From Lama glama (Eukaryota), in the NCBI GenBank assembly GCA_028534125.1, contig CM052818.1, positions 13,146,001-13,210,000 of the forward strand: a DNA stretch of 64,000 nucleotides, given 5' to 3'. Of this stretch, positions 25,864-38,214 are shown in pieces. Under the pieces are notes generated by a model. The model had not been told where the DNA came from. It was given only the letters and a program-made list of their open reading frames with translations, and ran no database searches. The position numbers and the translations under genes were made by a program. Each line of letters starts with the position of its first letter. Positions within the stretch are counted from its first letter, which is position 1.

Positions 25864-27699
25864 ACAAGGAATGTTTTTTAAATGACACTGTTTTATATGT
25901 CCAATCGACCTTTTCCTTATGCTAAAGTAACTGCCTGCCAGGTATGGTAAATATACTTCCAGAGCCAGTGGACTTTATGCCAACTCCAGGCAACTCACCC
26001 CCAAAAGATGCCTCCTGGCAGTGGCACCCAGTGAAGCAATTACTGGAGCACGCATGCGACATGGTTACTAACGCAGCTCTGTCCTGCTCATTAAGCTAAA
26101 CTACAGAGCCACGGCACCTTGCTACTCCTGCTGGCAGACAAGTTACCATGACATTAGAGCAGCTCAAGAAAAATTGGACAAATGTATCACATTCATGTAA
26201 GTCCAGGTTTGAACAAATAGGTTCCACTAAAGTTCTATTTCAAGCATGACTTCTTCCATTATGGGCAGTAGCCAATATCCTCTTGACAGAGCACTGATTA
26301 AAGGAAAGATTCTTGTGATTCTTTGTCAGAATCTACCTTTATTTTTTAACCACTGCCCCTAGCCTGATTCAAGCTGAAATCCCTAGAAAAGCCACGCTCC
26401 AGAATCTCTCTTCTCCAACAGGAGGCCAAATGGTGTTTTGGGAAGAGCTTGTGTTACTGACCATCTTTTGTCTATTGTCCTGTCCATTGTTGCCGGTTTT
26501 GTTTGTTTTTGGTTCCATATTATCTTTCCAAACTTCAAGATGTAGGCTGATTTTCACACTGGTATTTCTCTGCTCCCCATCAGTCTTCCTGTCCTCTGAC
26601 CTTCTGTTTCTCTTCACATCCTACTTGTCTTAAATGCTAGTTTGGTTGCTAACCCACTGCCTTAAATGCTCCAACTCAGTATCAACATGTGAGCAGGTCT
26701 GGCCAAGAGTGCTAAGGTCCCCACAGCACAGATTCACCAGGAAGTGGGTCTGCCTGGGTTTGATGGAGACGATCGAGCTATCAGACTGTCCCTCAAGATG
26801 ACTAATGAGAGTTCAGCATTCAGTGTCCAAAGAGACAAGGAGAAATCAGAACTGAACTGGGCCATCATCAGTATATCTGAAGAGGCCCAATACGGCTAAA
26901 AGGACAAAGGAGCTTAGTGGTTTTAAGGGGAGGACTTTAGCCAACAGTGAGGTTTCTAATCTCTGCAGAATAGGCTCTAGGAAGGCCTAGGAAGGTGACA
27001 GAGGGCCAGCCATGTAGGTGGTGTTCCAGGCGATCCCAAACTCAAGGAGGAGCACTAGACAGAAATTGAAACAGATGCCCAGACCGCAAGTGCCAAGGGG
27101 CTAGAGTCAAGGCTACAACTCTATGGACACCCAAGGGCCAGGATGCACCACGTTGATATCAGACATGGGAGTACAGAGCAGAACCAATTCCACCTCCACC
27201 CACTCACACCTGGAAGCCCCCAAAGTGCATATTCCTGTCCTGCTCAAGGTGGTCAGGGATTGGCCGGGCCTGAGCTGGGAAAAGGAGGCTTAGGAAGTAA
27301 GGGCTGAGGAAGTGGTGCTGGGGACACTGGGGCCCACTGGCTCTGTGGCCACAGCTTTCTCTCATGTCTCTTCTGTTCTCTACCACCTCATGATATTAAT
27401 TCTGATAGGTCAGCCTCTAGGAGATGGAGGGAAAAAGCAATCACTGCATACAATTCCATCTAGAAAAAATGAGCCACACCCAGAAACAATATCAATAACG
27501 TACCCCTACCACTCCAGGCTCCCAGGTCCCTACTTGTCAACTTCCCTGCTCTGTCCATCCTCAGTACTGGATAACCTCACTGGGCAGCCCAGCACAGCCC
27601 CTCAGGTGCAGGGAAAAGTCATAATCTAGGTCACTAACCCCTACCCCTTGCTTCTGCCAGCTACATACATCTTACCTTTTCCCACCTGTTTCCTTCCCA

Positions 27700-28115
27700 G
27701 GGCCCCTGCCCTTCATTGTACCTTTCACCCCACTTTCCCATCTTCCTCCTTCACTAACCCACCATAACTTGGTTTCACTTTGTAATTAGAGTTCACTTTA
27801 AATACTACCTCCTTCATAAAAACTTTCCTGATCCTCTGATTGAAAACCATACCTTCCTTGTTTGAACTCCTGTTGTTCTTTGGGTCTCATCTGTGTCGCC
27901 CATTGCATTTTGGGTTGGATTATGATTATTTATGCCTTGTCAGAATCTCCCTAACACACACACACACACACACACACACACGTATAATAAAATGAAACTC
28001 TAAAGCTCCCTGAAGCCAAGGATTGAGTCTTCTTTACATTTATGCTTCCAGGCGTACATATCACAACACCTTGCTCATGGAAGGTGCTCATTAAATGTTT
28101 TACAAACCAAACAAA
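27700..28115 (+). mobile_element. LINE-2 3' fragment
   Basis: 'aatactacctccttcataaaaactttcctgatc...aagctccctgaagccaagg...ggaaggtgctcattaaatgttt'. Confidence 0.65.
27954..27981. repeat. (AC)14 microsatellite
   Basis: Direct reading of the sequence. Confidence 0.95.
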
Positions 28116-29219
28116 GGTAAACTGAGGTCTATCATATGGCAACTTCTAAGGCCATGGGTCATCTAAGTTATTTTACATTCATGGCATTGGAAGGGTGGTG
28201 CTATGCGGACTTCAGGTCAACACTCCCTCATGAGTGAACTCTCTTCTTCCCTTTCAAATATTGTGATAAGCTGTATTTGTCTCAAGTTACTACCAGTTAT
28301 TTTTTAAACTCTCAAGAACAAAAGAAAAAAATCAGTGGCATTCATTCAGCTACACTTTACAACTGGTGCCTGTTTTTTTGTGTTTTGTTTTTAATATCTT
28401 CTCAGATGAGTCTGCAGGACTATTCACTCTCCACAATTTCTGAAGTCACAGGGAGCTTACCAAATGTATGAGGCAGTCATTCCCACAGCTTAGGTCTTGG
28501 GCCAGGAGGTCCATATTTATCTGACCAGGCAAAAGCGTCTATCCAGACAATACCTGAGTCATCTATGTGGCTCTTAGATTAGGATAAAAATGGCTTGCCC
28601 TACTTTGAATTTTTTAAGTGAACACCAAAGACTCAATCCTCTGAAAAATATCTGACGTACTACTGCAAATGAACTCTGATGGGTATAATTCATTCCCTCC
28701 TTATGCATGAGTTATTTTAGTCAACTACTTTATAATTGAATTTTCTTTAGGCAATTCACAGTCAGGGTGACTGACAGGTTTTAAAGTGTTAACACTGATC
28801 AATAGGCCACCAAGGACACATTGTACCCACTTAATAAACTAATAATAAGGTGCCTGACATCTGGAAGAGAGTCTCATTAATTAATTCTCATATACAGTCC
28901 TACAAGGTACCTTGACTCTGCTTGAAAAGATCTGTAGTCCACAACACCCAGAGTGTTGGTTCTATGTTCCCATAAAAAAAAAAGCACAATAATAAATGCA
29001 CAATTATTCAAAATGCAGCATTTACTATTGTTTTTAATTTCCCAATAACAGCCCTTTCATAGGGTCCTCAGTATTCTGTTCTGTAATCAAGATACACTGG
29101 AAATTTGATCTTTGTGGGCTAACTTGGATATTTGGTCCTACCATGCAAAGTTTTATATATTTCAGAATTATGAAGAGGAAGCCTCTAAGGATCTTGAATT
29201 CCATAGAGGCCATGTACCT

Positions 29220-30145
29220 CTTGTCATCTCTCCTATCAACCCTTTCATCACCTCAAATGTTTCTCTGTATTTTCAAACTCTCCTCTCATCTACTGCTCTC
29301 ATCTCTAAGGAGGAAATGCTCCTCCTTGTTACCAAGGCTAACTCTGTACTGTCTGCTCCAGTCTCCTCTAAAGCCGATTCTTCCCGTGTTTTCATTGTCT
29401 CTTTCTCCACATGACCCCTAGTCTATGCCTATCATCATGTCCAGAATTTACTCCCTCCCCACAAAAAACCCTGACCTGTGACTTTATTAACGGCCCATGG
29501 TTCCATCATTTCTCTCTCCCTCTTAGAACATCATCAACGACCTTCTCCATTCCCTGGACCCAATGACCTGGTCTCATTTTCCACGTTCTTTAATGTCTAC
29601 AGCATTTGACAGTGTTGGCTGCCCATTCCTCTGACAGGTCCCTTACCTGAGCTACCATAAGTCCATGTGCTCTTCTCCTGGTGCCAGCTGCATGGAAGTG
29701 CTCGCCAAGGTACAGTTCTTACCACTGTCTCTTTTTAGTTTAGTTTCATTTTACTTTTTAGTTTCATTTTACTCACTCCCTATTTGTACTTCTCTCAAAA
29801 TGCCATCTCCAATCCTCCCTTCTCCTGCAAGCTCTAGCCCTGCCTTTCCAACTTCTTGTGGCATCTTCCTCAACTAATATCAGACTAAACAGGGCCTCGG
29901 CCAGACTTACTCCCTTCCCACCAAAAGCCTCTATCACTCCCCTAACCTTATGAATTGTACCTTAACTCCGCATTCACCCAGATGCTAAAGGTAACCTCCT
30001 TCACCTTGATTCCATTTCCTTCACCACCCACATTTTATTAGCCACCAAATCATTCTGAGACATCATTTTCACGGTCATTGACACTCTTTACTCCTTTGAC
30101 ATAACCATAATCATTACTTCAGTAAATGTTATTATCACCTCACAC
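29220..30145 (+). mobile_element. LINE-2 ORF2-region fragment
   Basis: 'tctacagcatttgacagtgttggctgccc' is the L2 RT 'SAAFDTVDH'-like motif; CT-rich L2 body. Confidence 0.65.
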
Positions 30146-30149
30146 AGAA

Positions 30150-30465
30150 AACTCTCTCTCAGTCCGTAGCAGTTAGGTGGGGTCATGCGATCTGGCTAAT
30201 GGCTGTGAACAGAAGAAGGTTACTTCCGGGTGGGAATAGAGAAAAGAAAGGCATGGGAACTCCGTGTATTCTCTTCTCATTCCTCAGCAACCAGCAACAG
30301 TCCAGAAGGGGAAGCCTCCAGTAGCCAGGGGCCCCCAGTACTTAGGAAGAACAGAATCTCCTCACCAAGCAACGTCATTCATGTAAGGAGCGGAAGAAAC
30401 AAGCCTCTATAATGTAAAGCCCTAGAGTCTGGGAGTTAATGTGTTCCTCATTTGTAACCTAGCCT
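30150..30465 (+). mobile_element. MaLR LTR (MLT1J/K/L-like) inserted in L2
   Basis: 'gcagttaggtggggtcatgcgatct...aatgtaaagccctagagtctgggagtt...gtaacctagcct'. Confidence 0.6.
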
Positions 30466-30469
30466 GCTT

Positions 30470-30850
30470 TCTCTCTCGCCTCTTCAAAATGCCCTCTTAG
30501 AAAGAATGCTTTTCTCATCGTCCTCTCCTATCCAAATGATACTATTCTTCCTGCAACTTAATCATCAACTTCCCCAGGGAAGCCTTTGCTGATGTCCCTG
30601 TCCAGAGCTACTCCCTAATTATATGGTCTCATAACACTACATTTCTCCCTTATGGTCCATGTCACTAGCCTATAAGCGCCATGAGAGCAGGGACGCCATG
30701 CTTGTTTTAGGTCACCAGGGAAACCCAATGTCAAGCACAGCAGAAAGAAACTAAAAAGCACCTGTGAACTGAGTCAATATTGCTCATCTTTCTATCTACG
30801 GTGTCTAACAGTATTTGGTACCATACTTGAATTTTAATATGAATTAATTA
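30470..30850 (+). mobile_element. LINE-2 3' fragment (continuation)
   Basis: 'cttccccagggaagcctttgctga...ctataagcgccatgagagcaggga...gaattaatta'. Confidence 0.65.
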
Positions 30851-31154
30851 AATCAATTTGGTGCTATCGCACACAATAGACATTGAGTAAACGACTTAAT
30901 CACCTCCATTCAATTGTTTCAGGGCTGGGCCCACATTTTTATCCTTGACCTCACTGCTAGCACCACAACCACAAGTACAGGGAGACAGCATCACCACAGG
31001 GACTCCTGCGTCTCTGTGAGTTTGCTGAGAGCGCCTTATGAGCTGCAAACACGAGGCAGATATTAATCCTTTCATATTCATCAAATTCAACAGACCTCGT
31101 CATTCCTTCAAATACCTACTCCAGCTAACTCCTGCCTGCTAAAAGAGAAAATAT

Positions 31155-31255
31155 AAGCTACACATGGACATACATACATGCATCTACACATACACATGCA
31201 TTTGTGTGTATGCACATCTATGTATATAGATGTGTATATGTATGCATGCTCGTGT
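31155..31255. repeat. Degenerate (CA/TA/TG) purine-pyrimidine simple repeat
   Basis: tacacatggacatacatacatgcatctacacatacacatgcatttgtgtgtatgcacatctatgtatatagatgtgtatatgtatgcatg. Confidence 0.85.
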
Positions 31256-31399
31256 AACTCTTCCTTAAGAGTAGAGAGGAGTAAATCAGGAGATGTAAAC
31301 AAGGAAATGTGACACATTCTTTAAATATCCAAATGTACCAGTCTATGACTGAGGACCAAAAACTGCTTGGATGTGCACAAAACTAAATATCACACCTGT

Positions 31400-32500
31400 C
31401 CCTGGTTTTGTCAACTCTGTCCCAAATCTGCATGCTACAGAGCCATTTTAGCTGAGCTGGCAGGTGACCTCAGTGACTGACATCACCATTCTTCCACTTC
31501 TCCAAGACCGAAACCTACACTTGACACCTTCCTCCTCTAGCCTCTGTAGCTGATCCACTAAGTCGTGTCCATCTTCACTCTGAAACATCTCTCTACCCTC
31601 CCCCCCTCTCCACATTACTACCACCACTCTTGACCAAGCTACCTCCTCCTCTCCAGCTTAGACTATTGAAATTAGCTCCTAACTGGTCTCCCCTTATTCA
31701 CTCTGACTCATCTCCAATCCGTTCTCCACCCTGTATCCAGAGAGATCTCTTTGTAAAAAGAAAGCTGATACCCAACTCTCTCCAACTTCACTGCTTTTAG
31801 GATGAGACAAACCTCAACACGATGGTCCACAAGACCCAGCCTGGTACAGCCTTACTTTCCTCTCCAGCCTCATTCTGTACCAGGAACCCTCTCTTCCCAT
31901 CCCATGCTGTTCATCTTTCAGCTCCTCAAATGCTTCCTGCTCCTCCTGCCACAGGCCCCCGACCTGGAAACTCCTCCCTCAGTCTTCACATGAACTCCTG
32001 TCCTACTCACCCTTCAACTCTCAGCTCAAGCAACGCTTCCTCAAGGAGGAATTCGTATTTGATCCATTCTCCCAGCCAACCCACAGAATTAGAAGCTGCA
32101 GTCAGAGCTTTATCTTCACAGGGAGTAGGAACTTGAAGAGGACCTGAGGGGGTCTTCTGGGTGCTGGTAAAGTTCTGTTTCTTGATCTGGTGCTGACTAC
32201 ACTGGAGTGCTGAGTCTGTGAGAATTCGTAAGTACTCAAGAAATATTAGAACATGTGCCCTCTCCTTTATGTGTATTATACTCTAATAAAAAGCTTTTTA
32301 AAATACCCAGAGCACCCTGATCATAATGTATTTCTTCATTTACATATCATGCCTCTGCACGGCAGCAATTCTGCATCATTAGATTAATGTCTAATGCTCT
32401 CCCATTAGATTGTCAGCTCCACGGAAGCAGGCTGGGTTTGCGCACCAGTCAGCCTGTAAGGCCTGGCCTAGCTAAGTATGCAAGAGACTTAGATGTGGGC
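31400..32500 (+). mobile_element. LINE-2 fragment interrupted by an L1 tail
   Basis: 'gaaattagctcctaactggtctccc...ctccaatccgttctccac...cccattagattgtcagctccacggaagcagg' L2 motifs on both sides of 32095-32300. Confidence 0.7.
32095..32300 (+). mobile_element. L1ME4-type 3' end
   Basis: 'ggggtcttctgggtgctggtaaagttctgtttcttgatctggtgctg...tatgtgtattatactctaataaaaag'. Confidence 0.8.
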
Positions 32501-35379
32501 AGTGAGACTCTGGTGAAATGAGTCTCATAAAGGAATTAAAAATAGGTCAAATCGAATGGCACAGACTACACGGCAGAAATAATGGTCACTTTCTCCCCTG
32601 CTGTGGACATTCTGTTCTCTCAGGGTCCCTCCAATACCCTGGTGCTCATCTGGTGTGACGAAGCCCAAGTATCTCGGGCTAGGAAGACCAAAACCGTGTT
32701 CTTTAGGAAGGTGGAATGAAGAATCCACAAAGGCACCAGAGCCGGGAGGGAAAGTCAAGGTGCCCTCTCCCAAGGACAGGAACAGGACAACGAGGCCAGA
32801 CAGGGAGCTGGGGCAGAGCCAGCCACCGGGGAAGAAGCCACTGCGGCAACACAGCCCGCAGGAGGCCAAGCCGAGAGGAAGGTGTCACTTGAGAAAAACA
32901 ACGTGAAGAACAGAGAAGGAAAGAGAAACAGCAGCATCCACTGAAAATAAGGAACTGTGAAAGCAGCAGAGCCCAAGGCAAAACAGCAGCCCAAACGGCA
33001 AAGTCACCAGACAGAGGCAAATCCAAAGAACAGCCGCCAACAGTCTCCCCAAGAGACTATAGCCACTGGTTCCACCACTCACCAAGCACCTAGCACGCAC
33101 CAGGCAACAGGCAGACCTGGGCTCACAAAGCACTTGCTACCCACGAAGAGGAAGCGGAGCCATCTCAAGGCAGAACTGCCTCAGGGAAGGTCTGAGGCAC
33201 CCCAGCCCTTCATTTCCCCAAAGTCTGTGGACACATCACAGCCTAACATACAGGTTCCAGGGGATGCACTTGGGGGAGGAACCAATGAGACACACAGCAC
33301 AGATAGCATCAGGTAAGGAAGAGTGTGGGACCAAAGTCATCCAAACAGAAAAACAAAACAAGACAACAACCCACACGCACACACACAAAAGGGAGAGAAT
33401 TCTAAAGCAGAAAGAGAATAAACAGGAATCAGAGTGAAAAATAAAACAGGGGAGAAGGGAGGTCAGGCAGGCGTGCTGGAAATCTGGCAAAAAAGAAAAG
33501 AGAAAAGATGACATATAGGAGACCTTTGCACCTAGAAATCCTTCAAATGCACTCCTAACATTCCTCTAATACTCTGGTTCAACAGACTGTCTCCAGAAAC
33601 AACAAATGGTCACTCAATGAACAGAGAACTGATTGCCAAAATTAACCAAACACCTCAATTTTTCCAGATGTTTTGATTTTTTGAAAGAAGCACACATGAG
33701 CAATTTGAATCACATAATCCCTCCTCTAATCTAGTTTCTTCTCAAAACCCAGAAAAGAAACCCCTCCTCACTGTTTCTCAGGAGACCTGAATTCTCAGTC
33801 CTCAGCCTGAACATCCTGGCCCTGGCCCTGGACCCTCTCCCCCTCCCTTCTGGTTTCTCCCCTCGTTCAGCTGGCTGTCCTGTCAGCCACATGCCCTTCC
33901 AGAAGCTAAAGGAGAGCTTTTCCTGACTTTTCTCCCTGGCCAGATCTGAGTATCACTCTGAATAAAGAGTGCAACAGCCTTCTCGACGATGTTCCCAACA
34001 GAAAGGGTGCCTGTTTTCTAACTTCAAACTAAGAATACTTTCCAAAGTAGTCATGCACAAGCCCGGGTGCACGGAAATAATTGTAAAAACCCGCTGCAGT
34101 CTCTACTCCAATTTCGGAAGAGGATCCGGGGGACATTTCTATCGCTAATGCTTAGAGAAGCATTCTAACTTAAAAATCGTACTATACTTTGAGGAGGCTT
34201 CCCCAAAATGAAACAAGTACAAAGCCCTTAAATGAATTAACACTTGCTTCCAGATGCTTTCTGCTGTCCCACAAGGCCCTGCCCTCCGCTGTGTGCTCAC
34301 AATAACCCCCGCAGTCTGAGCCTGCGTGTTGTAGGGAAGAGAAACCTGCTAACACACAGATCTCTTCGACAAGGCCCCTCCTGCCCTTCATGGCTGCTGC
34401 CCGAAGGCATTTACTGCCTCAAGATTCTCTAAAGCAAAGGCAATGCAAAGAAAGACGCAATGAAGCCATTTAAGTAGAACTATGGCTGGGCCTGGCAGTG
34501 TTACAGCAAATTAAATTTTAATGAGACACGGAAAACGCTGAACCTTCGGAAAGTTTATCAGAGGAAGGGGCATCTGAAGGACACAAATGCCCCAGGGTCC
34601 AGGCGTAGACACAGAGGGATAACTACATACCAACACCACTCAAGGTCAAGAATTTGCAAACTACACAGACATCCAGATGGGGGGAGACCAGCCCTCTGCA
34701 AATATGCTGGCTTTTACTCAGAAGGCAAAGCAAACTGAGGCGAGCTTCCTTTTAAAGACTCAGAGAAAACCGATATGTAACAAGGTCAAGTGAAAGATGC
34801 TGTGTATACAGTGGTGACTAACCTAAATACAGCTGCTGACAATGACCCAGTGACCTCGAAGCCGCACAATGTATCTTCTGACATTGCTCTTCAGGGACAG
34901 ACTCACACGTGGGCTGTGAGCAGAGACTTTGTTTTTCTATTTGCACCTCTGAACTTGCTATCCCCTCCTCCACCCAGCTCTGTGCCCCAGAAAGCTGCCT
35001 CACGCCAGCTTCCCTGTCTTTTTAGCATTGGGCTCAGCCAGTAAGAGTTCCTGGCAAGAGATACGAGTAAAAAAGAGAAAAACAGGGTTCCCATCCAGCC
35101 AGGCTGTGGTTTCTGCAGTGGGTACATCCCTTGACTCAAGGCAGTGCTCATGTCTGGTGGCTCCTCTCCCATGGTGACAGTCCCTTGTCCCTTCAGATCT
35201 GGTCTACGTGAATTGCAGGCCCTGGTACCCTGACAACTCCCTCCAGTGGCACCATGGGCTGTGGCATCTAACTCTTGACTGAAGGTATAGCCCCTGCCCT
35301 GACCTTTACCAAGGAGTTCCAACTGTTCTTACCAGAGCCCTGATACAGGTACCCACCTGCTACAATCTTCAGGGTAACA

Positions 35380-35620
35380 TCAAAGAGTTAAGAGTATGGG
35401 TTTGAGGGTCTTACTCCCCAATATGAATTCTGATTTTTGCCAGTCAATGTCTATATGACCTTGGACCAGTGACCCAACCTCTCCAAGCCTCCTCACCATG
35501 GAGATCCTAATGGAACCCAGATCGGAGTGCTGACATGACAATTAAGTCATGCATGTGACAGTGAGCTTACCCCAACCATGTAAAAGTGCTTGATAAAAGT
35601 TAGTCATTATTATCATTATG
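35380..35620 (+). mobile_element. MIR SINE
   Basis: 'gttaagagtatgggtttg...tatatgaccttggaccagtgacccaacctctccaagcctc...aagtgcttgataaaagttagtcattattat'. Confidence 0.75.
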
Positions 35621-35719
35621 ATTTACCATGTTTACTTCCCTCTCTGGCTGCTACCTGCCTGAAATTCCCACTTTTGTGATGAGACTCTGCATTGCTATTT
35701 TGCTAAAATAGAAAACACT

Positions 35720-35820
35720 TGAGCGTATATGGGAAATCTCTGTACCTTCTGCTCAGTTTTGCTGTAAACCTAAAATGGCTCCAAAAAACAAAGATTATTA
35801 AATAAAAGGGGGAAAAAAAG
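35720..35820 (+). mobile_element. L1MC-type 3' tip
   Basis: 'tatatgggaaatctctgtaccttctgctcagttttgctgtaaacctaaaa' plus A-rich tail; imperfect flanking repeat 'agaaaacac'/'agaaacac'. Confidence 0.8.
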
Positions 35821-38214
35821 GCAGAAACACCCCGGGGAGACACGACACATTCAGCAGCTATGACCACCTATCACTTTAAGCAGGAATCCACCCAGAAGGG
35901 AGCAGCGTGTTACGCAGGACTGAGTCGATTGCCACAAGAGCCCTGGGCTGCCAGGGCCTTTGAGCAGAAACTGAAGCCTCAAGAGATAGGCCAGCCACAA
36001 GGCAGAGAAGCTGACACTGGAAGGGCAATGGACAGGCACCAAGGGCCTATGTCTTCTGTCCTCTGTTTCCCAAGGGCAAGCCATACTGGACCAAGCAGCA
36101 TGGGTGTCTCCTGAGGGGACCGCTTCATCCTAGCACTTGATCAGGGGGACCAGGGCTGTCCCCAAACTAGAGGTCACCAAGCCTGGAGACTGGAGCAAGG
36201 GAGCCCCTTCCAGAGCCAGCCATGCCAAGAACACACCCTTCACCTTAAATCATCCTTCCTGCCAGCTGGCAGGACATTCTCCCTCCAGAGTCAACGTTTC
36301 TGTGGAATATTTAGAGAGCAAAAAGCATTTATCACAGTGATATATTCTGATTTCCAGAAATGGAGACGTCTAGAAACAGCCATCTCAGTAATATCACTTA
36401 CATCCCCTGTCACTTTCTGAAACGATCCAGCGAGAGTGAAAGATAAAGTTGCTGTAACTTTCTGCTGAGCAGGTGAAGCATGAGCACACCTGACAGGTCT
36501 CCCTGCTCCCCAGCAAATGAGGAGAGCATTACGGAAGCACTCTCTTTTTCCTCTCTAAATGCCTCGTACAGCTAAATAACTTCTGCTACCAGCAAAACGC
36601 TGGTCCCAATTCCAATGCCTCCAGATTTCCCATTTGTTTATTGAATCAATGCATTCCTTCCTTTTTCCTGAGATCCAAAGGAGAGCACTGAACAGGACTG
36701 TATTCTACAAAGCTATATTAGAAGGGAAAATACATCTCCTATCTTCAGTGTCCTTCACATCCTCTATGATGTCTTAATTTGTTTATATTTTTAACGGTCT
36801 CGTCTTTTCTATTTCACATTTTTATCAAAGTATAAAAGAAGACACTTATCAGTTCTCATCAAAACAAGACAGTTTGGAAATACCCAAACAAAACACTTCA
36901 AATTTAAACAAGGTGGCTTCAAGGACCTTATTTCTCCCAGTGGGCTCCCACTGCATTAAAAGTCTACATACTCACAATGAGAAAAAGCAAGACAACACTC
37001 CAACTACTTTAAGATTGTAGAGGAACACACCAGGCATGTGATCAAGGCAAGGCGGAATTGCACAAGAAAAATGTATCTTCCAAGTTTATTTCCTCTTCCC
37101 CCAAGAAACAAAAAAAAGCACCTGTCACATTCTGTGTCTGTGATTCCCAGCTAAGTGTTAAAACAAAGTTTAAATTCCTCATTGCTCATTGTCACCAGAT
37201 ATCAGGGTTACTGTTACTGTCAAGTAACATATTTTCATTGCAACCTAACATTAGCCTCACATCAGCGTCAACCCAAGTAAGGGATCGTGACACAGATGGG
37301 AAAGATCTAGAAATCCACTATGTTCTAGTCACCTCCAAATCACCCTGTTTGGCAGTCACACACCCTGGTCAATCGTGGCTCCTAGGCAGAACCTGTACCA
37401 TTGCACAATCATGTTTTGAGAGGACCTCACTTAGCATGTAGCATATCTGAATCCTCATAATAAAAATATAGAGAGGAGCTTCACTGAATTTTTGCAGGAA
37501 GAAATAGTTGAAGATTATTATAAATCACAACTCTTTCAAGTCCTTCATGCATACCTGAGTTGTAAGGATGACTGCAACTAATTGTTCTTTCTCAAAATAA
37601 ATATATTTTCAAACCATAAAGTCAGACGTGAAAGGTGCTAAACCGTCAACCTTCAAAAACAGGGCAGAAACAAATACAACAAGGAAATTTTTAGCTTAAA
37701 AATATCAATAAAAGAAATCTGTGCATTAAAAATGGCAATGTTAGAATCTAAACTAATCATCCTATCATGTTCTGAACCCCCCCTTCCTCTTGTGTGTTCT
37801 CCCTCATTACTTCACACTGACTCTTCTTTTTAAGAAGTTGTTTTTAAAAAGTTGTCCTTCTTTCTCCAAAGTTCACAGTTTAAGATGTCAAAGGTGGCTG
37901 CAGATTAGAAGAGAAAAACACATAGACACACTAGGGAAATGTTTCTTGGCAATATCTCAGTTCCTGTATCCTCAGAATAGTCTGGCTTTCCAGGGACTCA
38001 TCTTCAATTTCTAAAACCAAATGAAACAAAGATCCTCCAATGGCTACCCAATGCTGATGCCATGATTTGCCTTCAAATGCCAATTCTGATCACCGTCCTC
38101 TGTCATCTCTTCTCATGGCATAAATTTCACCAGATTATATTAAAAACTATAGAAGGCATTCCAACATAAAATCTTTTCCTCTCAAGACAGTAGCCTGAAC
38201 ATCAAGTTGCATTT

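Noticed and set aside
26629..26670. 10-bp direct repeat cttaaatgct spaced 32 bp apart
   Set aside because: Only two copies and the spacer has no retroelement features; not a CRISPR-like array and not a convincing TSD.
26690..27200. Possible ancient LTR; similar weak impression at 5640-6290
   Set aside because: Resemblance too vague to assign without a Dfam search.
33980..34620. CpG island / promoter
   Set aside because: CpG density and GC content look too low; kept only as a weak enhancer candidate.
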